Positions 34,828 to 49,800 of a stretch of DNA of 64,000 nt are shown here, in pieces. This stretch comes from Veleropilina oligotropha (lineage: Eukaryota), in assembly GCA_048128005.1 (NCBI GenBank), contig JBEUKZ010000010.1, forward strand, positions 372,001 to 436,000. The letters are read 5' to 3'. The notes below the pieces were generated by a model. The model was given only the letters and a program-made list of their open reading frames with translations, did not search any database and was not told where the DNA came from. A program made the translations under genes and the position numbers. Numbering within the stretch: the first letter of the stretch is position 1; each line of letters starts with the position of its first letter.

Positions 34828-37800
34828 TAGAGATTGGCCTATTAGTCTGTGCACAGTCAAATTCGTACTTTCAGCGTTGACATATCTGATCTGAAGGTGT
34901 TGCTGGAGGGAAAACCAGTGGCTGCCAATGAAGATGCTTCTATTGACCAAATTGCAAAGGTATGCAAAGATTTCATCCCAAATTGGGTGTTTTGTGACAT
35001 AAAAATTAGCACGAACAGCATACGAGTTATCTAATAGATTACCCATTCTGTTAATAGGTTTTAACTGTATAGACTGTATTATATCTGCATTCATTCAACA
35101 GTAATTGCTTTTGTGAAAAATTGTTCTGTGGTAACATTGACTCAGAAATGTCTATGAATAGTGGAATTAATGTATTCCCGGACAATAGTCGGTGATAATA
35201 GGGTGTAGTTATCGTTCAGCCGCATCCGCCGATGCAGAGATTTCTTGTGTGCACTCCATAGTCAAAAGTTCTAATCCGATTTGATTCAAATTAATTCAAA
35301 GATTGCTGTTGGAATTTCCCCAACATGAATTTTCTTTGTTTCCATTGGCTTCGGAATATTATTTTTTGGTCCTGATGTTTGTGTATGAGGTATAAAGCTC
35401 TTTGTGTTTGCTGTAAAATGTATTTTGGCAATGCTGAAAACACATATTTTTCAGGCGAACGTTATTTCTCCGGTCGTCTCCTCGAGACCACCTTCTGGCG
35501 TAAAGACGAAGCAGCCAGATAAACGTCAAGTTATCGCTGCAGGTGAGAAGTCGGAAACTGTCAGCAAGCCAGCCATTTTATGTTCCGTGGGTACTATTCA
35601 GCCTGTGTCATTCAGCACTCGTCAGAAGCCGCAGCAGAGATCGAAGTCTCAGCTCGATACTCGTCAATCACCAAGGCGAATCCATAGTGCAGGTACTTGT
35701 ACACACGATTTATTTTTGGTAGTACAAATTCGGTAGTACTAAATTTCACATTTGGGGTCGCCCTGTGGTGTAGTGGTTAAGTAGGTCGTTCTCGATGTAT
35801 TCATCTGATCAGTCTGTTTAACAGGTTGGATCTTCGGCATAGAACTTTGTGCTGATGTCTGTTACTGGTCAGTACAGACGCGTTTTCCTGGGCATAAAAT
35901 GCGGACTTATTCTTTGACCCTGAATGGGATATTAATCATTGATCCTAATTAAGCCAGAAGCACGGCATTTCATGTTTCCATACTCACAGTCGTATCATTG
36001 TTAGGTGTTGCGTGCCCGAGTGGATACGGTGCTGGTCTACTAACGGGAGGTCATGGGTTCAAGCTCCGGAGTTGGATTTTTCCAATGATCTCTGCCTCCA
36101 TGAGACACAGCACCACTTCCTTTCATCATTTAAAGTTGATTGACACGATTTATAACTGAAATACTGTTGGCATGGTCGTTAAACATCAATTCATGATCAT
36201 TGTTGAGGGTGACATGGCTCAGCAGATATGAAGCTGGCCGACACAATCAATGATCATGAGTTTACTCCATGGGTATGTCTTGTTCATCATCTCCATTACA
36301 CATGGAGCCGATTCATTTCATCATTCAAACTTTATTGACTGGGTTTCATTGTATACAGTTTAGATTTTATTTCCATAAAACGTATATGTTGCCTTCATAT
36401 GTGAAATTTGACACATAAAGCTCTTTCTGTTTGCTGTAAATCTAGATTTGACAAATTTCCAACAGCATTCAAATTTGTACATGATCACATAGTTTTATGA
36501 CTTGATATTGCATGCTATTGAGAAACCTGTAATTTTTAAAATGGTTTTATCATTCAGCAGGCAGTGCATTATCCCGTGGAAAAAGTGCTGGATCTTCCCT
36601 GAGGAGTGGCGATATAGTATTGCCGGACGAGCATGGCTACAGTGATGCGCTGAGAGATGGAGATGTCCAGACAGCCATCAGCGATGCGGGCAAGACCAAG
36701 ACGATCGAAGAAGATCGGAAGAGTGTGGCATCGAGCACGGGAACGGTGAGTTAGCGAGCAAACAATCAAAGACATGGTGGATTTGTTGTTTGGATGTTTA
36801 TTACCCTAGCCTCCAGAGGAGAGGCGAGGGTATTGCAATCGGTTTCCGTATGTATGCATGTCCGTATGTTTGTATGTATATATGTATGTCCATTCGCATA
36901 ACTCTAAAACTATTGATCCGATTTACTTCAAATTTTTACACAATGTAGGGTTTCTCCCTGGCTCGGTCCTCCTCGAAGATTGTGCTCAGGTTCGGATTTT
37001 ATGAAGCAATATCCGGTTTACAGGTTTTCGGCTGGGATTTAAAATTTTAATAATGGGTCAATTTGTAATTTCGCCTAATCGAATTAAATTATGTAAATTC
37101 GTTATGCAAATCATAGTCATGATGAAATGATATTGATATCAGCAAAAATATTTAGAAAATAATGTGAAATGTGAACTTTATAAGCAGTTTAGAAATCAAC
37201 CAATGCAAATTGCAAATAAATGCCATAAATATGAAACCACTGAAACCAGACACCTCAAATTTTACCAAGTGAGAGAGTGGGACATTATCTAAAACTCTTA
37301 TCGATCTACTTTGTGTTTGAGCGAATTTGTATCAATAATTTTTGTTCCGAAGTCAAAATCGTCGAGACGTTGCGATATTTGTGATAGCTCTTTAAATACT
37401 GCTAATGCCGTGATATAATTTACACCATTAAGCAAGGTTACCGTAATCTATCTTTCTTTGAAAATTTTCAAAGAAAGATAGATTACGGTAACCTTGCTTA
37501 ATGGTGTAAATTATTTCGGGTTAAATACAAACACCATTGATTAATCGCTAGGGAAGTCGTCGTAATTACCTTCAAGGCTTGCTATCTCGAACAGGGCCCT
37601 TTGTGTTTTGTCAAATCTATTTCTGGCACTTGCCATAGCTAATCTGGATTTCACACGTGCTATTTTTATCGATAATCAGACTCGGGACTTTCCGGCAGAT
37701 ACCGAAACACCTTCGCGCTTGCCGAGAAACAACGAGCGATTTCCGATTGACTTTTAGTAACCTAAACGCCCAAATCATCAACAAAGGGACGAGAATCAAC

Positions 37801-40800
37801 GTTGTCAGTAAGCACGTGTGCCAGAAATGAAAACGAAACATTTTACGACCGTAGAATAAATTATCGCATGGTTTTTAAGAAATTGCGGGTTATTTTGCAC
37901 TTTTACGGTAGGTTGGGAGAGAGCACCCAAATGCGGGACCTCCCGCACGATTACGGGAGAGATCACATGTATGTATCGCTTTAGTAACTATTGAGATATT
38001 GCGAGTTAAGTATTGTCAACTTCGGCAAAATTTGCAAATACAAAAATGTAACACCAAATATAAAAAGCTTAAATTAGCCGTAGTAATTCGACTGTCAGTA
38101 TGGCGCTAATGGTTAAGGCATATTGGAGAAAGATCTAGAGGTCAGGGGTTCGATTCCCATTACCTCCAAAATAATTTTAATTTAAATTTTGTTACTCCGT
38201 ATTTTTTTTATAATTTTTGATTACATTTTATGATTGTAATTCATGTTTAGAAATATTGATCGTAGACATTTCTGACTTTCACCATCGTCTTTCTTGGCCC
38301 CGTGGCAAGAGTTTGCAATCTCCTCTGATTGCTCTTGTTGTCCATGTAAACAGTTACGGTTATTTGGAGGAGCTGCTTTGAAGATTTGATTTCATTTGAA
38401 TATTATGTCCTGTTTACCTTCTTGAGGCTCGCATGACTGCTCTGATTTGTAATAGTGGGCTCAAATATTTGGGTGGCCGCTTTGTTCAATTAACAGTCAC
38501 AGTTGTCCATAACTTGACCGTGTGAATTCAAGTTTTTCCAGAAATTCATGGTTTACTTCCGCGATGATATCAGATCTGTCAACATTAAACAAGAACGACG
38601 AGTTCGGAATATGTCTTGACCTTTCTTTATTTCCCTAAAATTTTCATAACAGTTAATACAATGGCTAAGTGCAAGTACTTCATGGCTTAATTTACTACCC
38701 CGTCGATTTTGACGTCACCAAATGACGATTAATCTAAAGCGACGTCGTAATGACGTCATTGCTATTTGCTTGCAATATTAGACATCCGTTATATACAAAT
38801 GTGCATAAAAGTGCTCAATAAATGCATATTTTTGCAAAATTGTGTCGCGAAAGTTATATACACGACCTACAAATACTCTTGGGAATGTGTGTACCAATTT
38901 TGGTGAAAATTGAGCGGGTAGTTTTCAAATAAATTGACGGATATATATATATATAAGTATTATGTATATACGCACGGACCATTTGATAATGTCTTGTCCT
39001 TTTTTACAAAAAGGTCAAGACATAAAAATGCCAAAGAGGGAGATTTCTTCGCCGACACTATATATACATATATATTAATTATTGCGGCTTCTATGGGGTC
39101 TACATTTCTTATGGTGGTCATTTAATTTTTTTTTTTATTTAGTTTAAATTTTTTTTTAAATTCGTAATGATGAGATCCTCCCACCAGATACGGGAGCATT
39201 GATAGGTCTGTGATATGGACATCACCTGATATGACCGTGAAGCGTGGTAGAATGGGATATTTAGCATTGATTCGAACAAAACCAACACACATATTAATTA
39301 ATTGCGCCGAAGTTGAATGAAAAGGATGTACGTAGAATTATTATTATACATGCAAACATTGCAGGTGAAATCTGTAAAAGAGCTCGTTGATGAAGCCAAA
39401 CAGATTGCGAGTGCAGATGCTCAACCACTCTACAGGAAGCATTTATCAAGCAGAGATCGAGAAAAAGGCAACAAGGCAACCACGCTGCGGGATGTGGTCA
39501 GGAAGGATGGGAGAAAAGACAGCAAGCGTGTGTGGGGAAAAGGTAGTTGTAAGTTGTAAGGCCCTTGTAAGTTGTTACAACTTTTACCTCATCCAAAAAT
39601 TGTACTTTCACAATAAAATATGTTTAAATTAAAAGTCATACCATAGTCATAGTCATACCAAAGAACAATTCCAGAAGCAAATATTCATGACTTCTCTCCA
39701 TAGAACGTGCCCTCATAGAATGTAAATAATATCTAGTAAATTGCAATTTAATTCTGCTGTGTAATTAACCCAGTGATGTAATGTCGGCATATGCCTAGAA
39801 CTCCTATGCGAACCACTCAAGTCATAGATATTGCACTCAAATACCATATCATACACTATCAATTCAATGTTACAAGTATTGCAATCATGGCTATTAATTG
39901 TCAAGGTAACTTGATATGAGTTAATGTGTGCAAAAAGAATCAAGATCTGAATTTGTATATTTTTGTCTACAGCAGGCGATAAGTCGAAAGTGAGAGGCAC
40001 AAGTCGCGATGAAGATGAGAAGCTGGGTCGTCCGCGGACTGAGCGATCGGTAGATGAGATCATCGCCTCACTGCGGAATCAGTCGGGATCAAAAGCGTAA
40101 GAATTCCAAGAAACTCTTTAGCGTTTTATTTGTTAAATATTATGACAACTATGGAGGCCACCTTTTATTTACGTGGAGTTTTCAGTTATAGTAATATTCC
40201 ATTGAATAAAAAGTAGTCAAGTTAAATCATCAGTATTCTATTTTTTTTTTTTACAGAATTAATGAGTCCGATCGGAAAATTCAGGAGATCATGGATCGTG
40301 TGATGTTTCGAGCCGTTGGGGTTGAAGAGGCTTCACCGAGGGTTGGAGGTGAACAAGGCGAGGCCATGCACCATTGTTGTACTGTCTGTCTCTCCTGTCG
40401 CAGGATGACACAATTATTTGCATTGCGATATTCTGATAAAGCGGCTGCTTGATGATGTAATATTCTGATAAAGCGGCTGCTTGATGATGTAATATTCTGA
40501 TAAAGAGGCTGCTTGATGATGTAATATTGTGATAGAGAGGCTGCTTGATGATGTAATATTCTGATAGAGAGGCTGCTTGATGATGTAATATTCTGATAGA
40601 GAGGCTGCTTGATGATGTAATATTCTGATAGAGAGTCTGCTTGATGATGTAATATTCTGATAGAGAGGCTGCTTGATGATGTAATATTCTGATAGAGAGG
40701 CTGCTTGATGATGTAATATTCTGATAGAGAGGCTGCTTGATGATGTAATATTATAATAGAAGGCTGCTTGATGATGTAATATTCTGATAGAGAGGCTCCT

Positions 40801-43800
40801 TGATGATGTAATATTCTGATAGAGAGGCTGCTTGATGATGTAATATTCTGATAGAGAGGCTGCTTGATGATGTAATATTCTGATAGAGAGGCTGCTTGAT
40901 GATGTAATATTCTGATAGAGAGGCTGCTTGATGATGTAATATTCTAATAGAAGGCTGCTTGATGATGTAATATTCTGATAGAGAGGCTCCTTGATGATGT
41001 AATATTCTGATAGAGAGGCTGCTTGATGATGTAATATTCTGATAGAGAGGCTGCTTGATGATGTAATATTCTAATAGAGAGGCTGCTTGATGATGTAATA
41101 TTCTGATAAAGAGGCTGCTTGATGATGTAATATTCTGATAGAGAGGCTGCTTGATGATGTAATATTCTGATAGAGAGGCTCCTTGATGATGTAATATTCT
41201 GATAGAGAGGCTCCTTGATGATGTAATATTCTGATAGAGAGGCTCCTTGATGATGTAATATTCTGATAGAGAGGCTGCTTGATGATGTAATATTCTGATA
41301 GAGAGGCTGCTTGATGATGTAATATTCTGATAGAGAGGCTGCTTGATGATGTAATATTCTGATAGAGAGGCTGCTTGATGATGTAATATTCTGATAGAGA
41401 GGCTGCTTGATGATGTACTGGCTCCAGGTTCACTCACCTGGCTGCTTTGATTCACAACATTGGATTTGAATTCTCAACTGGGCACCGTGTTCAATTAACA
41501 TTCACAGTTGTCTATAACTAGCCGGTGAGATAAGATTTTACCAGGGATGCGTTGTAATATGCCAAGCACTTGTAAGCGATTAAAGTGCTTGGTCTTGCAA
41601 CGACCCGCTGAATTTCAACCGATTGCAATCGCTTGTTAGCCCTCTTGTGAGATACTTATTTTGCGCTTGCAGATGGAGTTGGAGCGAGCACAATAAACAT
41701 TAATATTTCGATTGCAGCAACTGTTGACAGCATGAAACATCGTCATATGGCCATATATTGATTTCAGTAAATAAAAATTAAAACAATTATTAAGAAAAGA
41801 TAAATAATTTTCATAAAATATTAATTATTTTATTACGATTCTGCTCCTGCTATAATTTTATCTCAACCTATATAACTATAATACAGTGTATCACAGCTTA
41901 TCCTGTGTGAATAATTGTCAAAGTTTTATTACAAATAAATATTTTTTCATAAATCAGAATGTTTACCCGCCATCTTGTAAGCGATTGCGTGTCGTTGTGA
42001 CCGTCCTCGATAGCTCAACTGGTTAGAACGTCTGAAAAACGTTATGTGGGACGGTAGGATGTGGGTTCAAGCCCGGTCTGGCCTGGCTTATTCTAAGGCT
42101 TAAAACGAATAGATGGCATATCCCTAATATATGTTGGTCAGATCGGAGTGAGACCTTAAACCGGGTGTCCCGACCACGTTGAGGCTGAAAAATTGCCAAA
42201 GGGGTCGTAAAACAAAGTTATCAACTCAACTCAACATGTTATTGTAACGGAAATGTCAGCGATTGTCAGTTTACAACGCACCCCAGGCTACCCTGCTTTC
42301 CTCATGCAGCAATATGGATATACCCTGGTATGACCATCAAGGTTGTTAAAATGGGATCCAAACCAAGTATGATCAGGATTTAGTATATATAAAGGAAATT
42401 TAATATTTGCTACTGATAATATTTCTCAAGAAACTTCATGTCGTCTATTCGTATGGCATTTATGGGGTTTTCTTTGATAAGCAGATAGATTTTTATATAT
42501 TTTGGGAAGCAATTTTCATATTTTTTTATCTTAATACGAAAATTAATTTTATCATAAGTTCTTTTAGTACATAATTATATATATGAATTTAAGCTAACAC
42601 ACTGTAAGCCTTTATTACTGACTAAATTTGAAGACTTGCGTTAAGGAATCTGTAATTAGTACTAGTAATTCATGTTAATTTGTGACCTCAGATCCTGAGC
42701 AACAAGCACTAGCAGACGATAAAGTTGGAAAATTTGCAGGTAATATATTTATAGACAAAATCAGACACAAACCTACAAAATAGCATATATTCTTATTCCT
42801 GCACACCAATAACACTTTTATTTTAAGAATTGAAAGATTTAATGCCTGTTGTTGTGTAATTATCAAATGGATTCATTAATTTTCACTTATTCATACCTGT
42901 GGATACTGAATCTATCTGACTCGTGTTATCAGTGGGATTAGAACCAGATTAAGAGAAATATTAGAATTCACATTACATCAAAAGCCTTTAATTTTGCAAT
43001 TGAGAGGTTTTGATTTTGGTTTGAATAGCATTTATCGAGACTATGTCAATCAATACCGTGACATCCCGATTATAACATGGCCTTCAATCCACACATCATC
43101 GTGACATGTGTGAAGTCATTTCAGATTAGTCTGTCACAGTACTTCATAATGACCTATACTGTTCCTTTCCTCTATTTAAATCAAATAAAAATCTAACATT
43201 TTTCTAATATTCTTTATTCAGACATGGCTGGGCAAGAATCTGGCATATCCATTACAATTACCACAGAAGAAAACGAAACAAAGGAGGTATGCCATAGAAG
43301 TTGCATGTATCAAACACTGTACTGATTTTAACATATTTGCTTAACAGTTTTTCAAAGATTCTCTTGGACATTGTTTTCTTTTTTCCAATTTTGTGGTTTG
43401 GTTTTAAGTTAATAATTTTAGTTTCATCTTTATGTTATGTTCATAGTATTTACATTATCAGTGTGGATTTTACTTCAGTTTGATACAAGTGAACCGAAAC
43501 CTCCAGCACAGTTATCTCCCCGTGGGATGGAGGCTGAACAACGACAAGATACATTGAGCGAGGACGAACCAGACGAAGAGGAATTGGCCAACATCACAAA
43601 GGTAAAAGTGATTGTGAAAACTATTTAAATTTTTTGTCATTGTTTTTTTTTATGTTCGATCTCCATCTCGAACATGCATTTCCATTTAACCCTTTAACCG
43701 CCAAATAGATTTTGTATAAATCTAATATACATAGGGTCTGTCACCTTCAGTGTATACTTTTATCAATTTTTTACAGGTTACAATATCGGTTTTTAGAATA

Positions 43801-46800
43801 CAGTGGATTGCAACACACGTCTGCCCAATGCCCCAAAAGAATGCAAGCATTTATTTCGTAATCCAGAAGAACTTGATTCCAACAGGTTCCAAATCACTGT
43901 ACGGCGATCAAAGCTGTCAAAAAGTTAAGATACCACGGATGAAGGCTCTAAACGTGCTCCTTTACTATTAATATATTTACTATTAACATACTTTTAAACT
44001 ATTTAAAAAGCAAGAAACAAAAACTGTACACATTATGATTTTATTTCTTTCTTAAGGCCTGGGATGATTTGATGGCACCACCTGTAGCTACGTATGAAGA
44101 TCTGGTCGGAATTAAGGGTCAGACAGCAGGAATACAAGAGAGAAACCTTCACGCCAGACCAGATATGCGCCAGAAACCACCAGTCTATTCAGACACCGTC
44201 TCGTTTTTATCTTCCTGGCAACCGGCGGTACAACGAGAGAAATTTGAGCCCCAAAATACTGAAAAGTCGATAAAAAATGTGCACCATTTCTGCACGATGA
44301 CCTCTGAATTTCAACTTCCAAAACAGTTCCAGGGCATTGGAAGAAAATACCACACCCCCAGCAAATACGAGAAGTTCTTCCCTGAGCAGATGTACCGAGT
44401 AAGTGAAAAAAGATGCATTGAAACATTGAACTCGTGACAGAATATTGGTAAAAACATGTTTTTTGATTTGATTTGATTTATTTGGGTAAACATTTATAAA
44501 ATACATAAGATTAAGATATAAATAGTCAGCGAGGATAAACACATAAAAGCATAATAAAACACGTATTTCCAATGTGGTCCTCATGAATAGTAAATCAAGA
44601 TGGCAAAGGCAACAGTATTAAATAACCAGTCTAGATTTGCTGTTTTTGTGGGTTGGAATAAATCTGGGTCGATATATACAAATAACTTATGCAAAAAATA
44701 TGTTTTGAAGTGAAGTATGACACATCTATTCACAAAGTAGCATGTAACTTAAAATTTAGGCTTTTTCATCAATTTTACAGTGAAGTAACTTTAATAATAT
44801 ATTTCTACCAGTTTGACAGTGGATTCTTCCGGGATCCGGAGCCGAGCTCTCCTGTCGCGGAGGTGTCCGAGGTTTCATTGGTTGAGGAATCGGAGGAGGA
44901 TGCCCAGCGGCGCTTGTCCGCGGCGGCCGACCGTATCCTGAACAACGGCGGCAGCTCATCGGAGCTGGAGACTCTGGAAGCCTGGCAGCAGAAGGCAGCC
45001 ATTGTGGTGAGCAAAGCATGTAGGGTATTTTTATGCCAGGATATAATAGGGCAAACAGAGTTTGGAGTGTCAGTTGTTCCATCCGTCACACCGACATTTG
45101 GTGCAACATATGTCAGAACATATTGCATGCAGCCTCTCTCAACTTGGTGCTGTTTGGAGATGAGTGACCTTGACATATTCTTCAAGGTCATTTCTTCAAG
45201 GTCGCGCACCTCTGTACTGCATATCGTAACCATGGAAACTGTCTCTTGTTTATGTAGCTTTATCAGTTGCTCTCTGACAGCTTGAAAAGACAGCTCAGTG
45301 GGTACTTGGACCTCCATTGTTTGTGATATTAAAATTGTCATATCATTTTAGCGTATTCAGTATATGTTGACCATACTATGATCTTGAAGGTGGCATGGAC
45401 TATCACTATATATCATCTATTATAAGATGCCCCCAAAATTGTTGTCACATTCCACAACTTTGAAAAGTCAACTTCGTGTAATCTAGAATTGCAACTGGCT
45501 TTCTGGATCTTTTAATATATATGCCAATATTTAGTTATAAATAACCAATATGAAAGACCATTTGATTAAACCATGATTTAATTACTTAACCCTTACTGTG
45601 CGGCGCCCGAGTATACTCGGGGCTGTAACCTATCACACAGCGCGGCTTCCGAGTATACTCGGATTTACTACAGAGCACATGGCAGGTCAAAATAACGTAA
45701 TTAAGTCCCCTGTTATCGATTATTTTTCGCTGCCATCAGGTGTCCGGATGCTTGACCTTTGCACTGACAGTCAACACATGCTATAACGGCGACAAGTAAG
45801 CGGACTGTTTATACAACTCATGAGGCCTTGGAATTGGAAGGGGGCGTGGCTTCTCAGCTGTTCACAAGCGGCTGTTGGCAATTATATAACCACCTACGTT
45901 GATTGATTGTGCGCAAACAAACAGTGTCTTAGCCAGCTATTTGTTCGCAATTATATAACCGGCTACGATTGACTGCTTCGGCAGTGCTATTTGTGAAACT
46001 AAAATAGACAAGATGTCCATTGAATAACCATAAATAGATAATATGTATGTGATTGTTTGTTTGTTGTCTGGTATGTACACTTGTTACTTTTTATATATTT
46101 GCTTACTTATTTTAGTAGTTACATAGGTAGAAGATTGAATTACTGTCATACTTATGCACCACTGTGGCCAGTCATTGCATTAGTGTAACTGTGTATCTGT
46201 CACACACATGCACACACGCACACACACACACGCACGCACGCATGCACACACGCACACACTTTTGCTCATCTAAGTAGAGTTGAGTGCAGGCATGCTACAT
46301 TACACTAACACTGAAAGAATTGCATGCATGTAAATATTGTTGACTGCATCAGTTACAAATGTATTATTTCCATATATAAGTTTCAACTTCAATTTCTGGT
46401 TTGCTCTCAATTTGGTATTTTTGATTTCTTTTATTTTCATAATCATATCACTGCTATTATATATGTGCTCCACATCTAAATTCACATATATTTATGCTAG
46501 TTCTATAGTCTGTATCATTATAACTACCTTTGCTGAGTTAATTCACATAAATATATTTCATAATCACTGAGTTTCCAATTTTGGTCATTTTCCCCCAAAA
46601 TACTCCAGTTAGGGGCAAAAATAACCTCGCCCAGGAAGGGTTAACCTACAAATTACATGACCTAATAAGAGCAGCGGCATAACGGGATGGATAAAACGCT
46701 GAAATACGAAGCCGGTGACATGGGTTCGACCCAGTGTGTGTACAGGCATTTTACCCATGAATTTGCACCTTGATTTCCTTCAGTTTGACAAGCCGAACAT

Positions 46801-49800
46801 GGTGATTGAGGGCACCAAGATGGTGGTGAAGGCTGACGAATCGTGCCTCTACTGGACCCCCGCTCCACCAAAACTAGACGTGCCACCCGCAAAGGTCAGG
46901 GACGCATTGTTCCCCGACTACCATGGTATCTCGGTCGGCATGGAGATACCGATTCATCAGAAGCTGATGGAGTTCGACGAAGAATCAGAATCGGAAGAAG
47001 AAGAGGAATTGCAAGAGTTGGATGCTGATGATCGGCAGATAACAGAGAAGTAATTGCTTTATAGGGAATTTGCTGTCAGATTTCATTTAGTAGTATCAAA
47101 TATATGCAAAAATGTTGATATTTGGCTATGCTATATTGTGCATATGAACACAGTATGATACGACAGGTACTACAGGTGCACACAGCAGATGTTTGAACAT
47201 CTTTCATATAACGTTTAGCTTGACAACAGGTTAAATTTTGAATTTCATTATGGTTGACAAAACAAGAAAATATTTCAACAGATGTGATAGTCTGTGTTAT
47301 TAATTATTTAGTTAATGGCTATCTCAACAGACAAGTTATCAATTTCTTTGGTGACTTAGGGGGATGTCGTTTGGGGGTTAGTTTACAACAAAATACATAT
47401 GTTGTGGTGCTGCAGGACCCACTGACAAAATGAGATCATGGATGCAAAAGCAAGTTCAAATAACATCCTTATGAGGTACTCATTTTCGTTTCCTGCAAGA
47501 AAAAAATTTGATGAAAAGGATTGAAAGTTACGTAAATTATTTTATTCTAATTGAGGGAAATACATGATAATAGTACCAGTTAGTAGCTGTTGTGGTAAAC
47601 ATACATACATTTGAAATTCATTTTTTATTTAACCATTCTTCCTTTCCGTCAGCATTCTCACCAGACAGTACCAGTCATCGAGGGATATAAGCAGCTTAAT
47701 GCTGGCATCCATGCAACGGGAAGAAGACATCAAGGCCGGGAAGATCAACCCCTATATCGAGGTGAAAGAGGAGCGGCAGTTCGTCTTTACCCCCAGCGAG
47801 AACAGCGACCCTAAAAGCCGCACGATTACGCCTCGACCGAAGGTCACCAAGATGCCGACCAATATGTCGGATGTTACCGGTAAATGCAGGATTGACGGAA
47901 ACTGTATTGTGTCTGTGATGGATATGATGTTAAATATGATGGGTTACACCAATAATGCTCATATTCGTCTTTGTAATGATAGCTTACAAGGAATCTAGAT
48001 TTACGTAAGTTATTAATTTACCTTTAGGACATTTTTGTGGTAATTATACATGAATTTTAGAAATGAAAGATAAATAAAAGTTGTACGCATATAAGAAACG
48101 ATGGTCATTACTTAACTTAATAATAAGTTTATTTCATGGCTTCAACGTTTTGTTATATTATAATATTCACAAAATATCATTAAATTCATTACTTAGCTTA
48201 GATGTCATTAAATTAAAAAAATAATATTTGTGCTGTCTTGTGAAAGACTCGACCAACATATTAACATCAATAATTCTTTGGTGATTAATCAGTATCCTCT
48301 GTTTGGGATGATAAACTGTGAAGCTAATGTGAGTATTATTATAATTTACTGCAGGCAGTGACAGTGACACTTTGATGCCGTTACCGTCGGCGATGCCAGT
48401 GTCCATCTTGGAGATGAGGCGCAAGTTTTCTGAAGCAGCATCTATAGCTCTTCCGTCTGAGATGGATATACAAGAAGAAGATATATTACCTGTGTTTGTT
48501 CCTCTCAGGTGAGGCTACCCTAGGACGGCATTTATGTATGTAATTAAAAAATTTAGAAGCAATTATTTTGAAGGGGAGTGAAATAGCTGGAGCATGATGT
48601 CTGATATCGTGATTTTCAATTTTGAAGAAATGTGACAGGGATTATTCTTATGACCATTGTCAACTCCACCTCAAAAAATTTAAATTAATTTGTATATTTT
48701 AAACTTATTTAGCATCGTTATTAAGTATTATTTCTAAATCCACTTGTACTGACTACTGTGGTCAGGGTATTTTGGAACTAACACTCACGGTGGACATGCC
48801 AGGATATCCTCTCAAGTCAATATGAACTTGACCTGATATGATCCTGCAAGTTGTTAAATGAGACAAAAAAACGAAACCAAATAAAATCATATTGATATTA
48901 GTGATGATGGTTCTAGTTGATATTAGTGATGATGGTTCTAGTTGATATTAGTGATGATGGTTCTAGTTGATATTAGTGATGATGGTTCTAGTTGATATTA
49001 GTGATGATGGTTCTAGTTTGACTTGCATGTCATTAATGACGTAAAGTATGAAGATGGAGTATTTATTTGAATCGGCAAGTAAAGATCATCAGGTGTTATG
49101 AAAACATTTGCATATGAGTATTAGAAAATCTAATAGACCTTAATTGAATGCAGATATTATAATTACTTACAACTGTTTTTATTTCAGACGATCTAAGTCA
49201 GAACCTTCCCTAACTGAGGGTGATGATGCGACGCTTGTTATACCACAAGACTTCAATACTGCAATGGAGGAGGTATGCTATGCATTTAGGCTGGCAATTA
49301 TATTTATAAAGTAGTCTGAAGATGAAAATATGCAATAAAAGACGTTTGTAAAAGTGAAGATATATCACTCTTAAGGTGAATATATCGATATATTACCCTA
49401 TTGATGTATATATAGGGACTATATGGTTAAAGAGGACAATATGACAATTGATGAACACTTTGTTTGTAAATTGCCAATCATATGTTTTTTTTTAAATGTG
49501 TTTTTATCGAATTAATTTGCCCATTGTTAAAAGACAACAAAAATTTCTAATTGTCAATGGAAATGTTTATTTTGTGAATACACTCATAGGTAAGTTAATA
49601 TCTTTAATGTATATGTGATCGGAATTTAGGATTCATAGTTACCCATTTTCAGATACTGAAGCAAAAAGATGCAATAAAAGATCTACGTCTTAAGAAGAAA
49701 CAGGAAGCAAAGATGGAGGATGCAGATGAAGTCTTGGTTAGTGTAAAACACACGTCATCTAGTATTGATACAAATGTTCGTTTATTCATTGTAATTTCAA

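Noticed and set aside
38095..38168. tRNA-like sequence (also 41999-42085 and 46670-46745)
   Set aside because: A- and B-box-like motifs are present, but the acceptor and anticodon stems do not pair properly; these are SINE heads or TE-embedded relics.
40751..41455. 234-aa minus-strand repetitive ORF
   Set aside because: Translation of the 32-bp minisatellite, cycling through all three frames.
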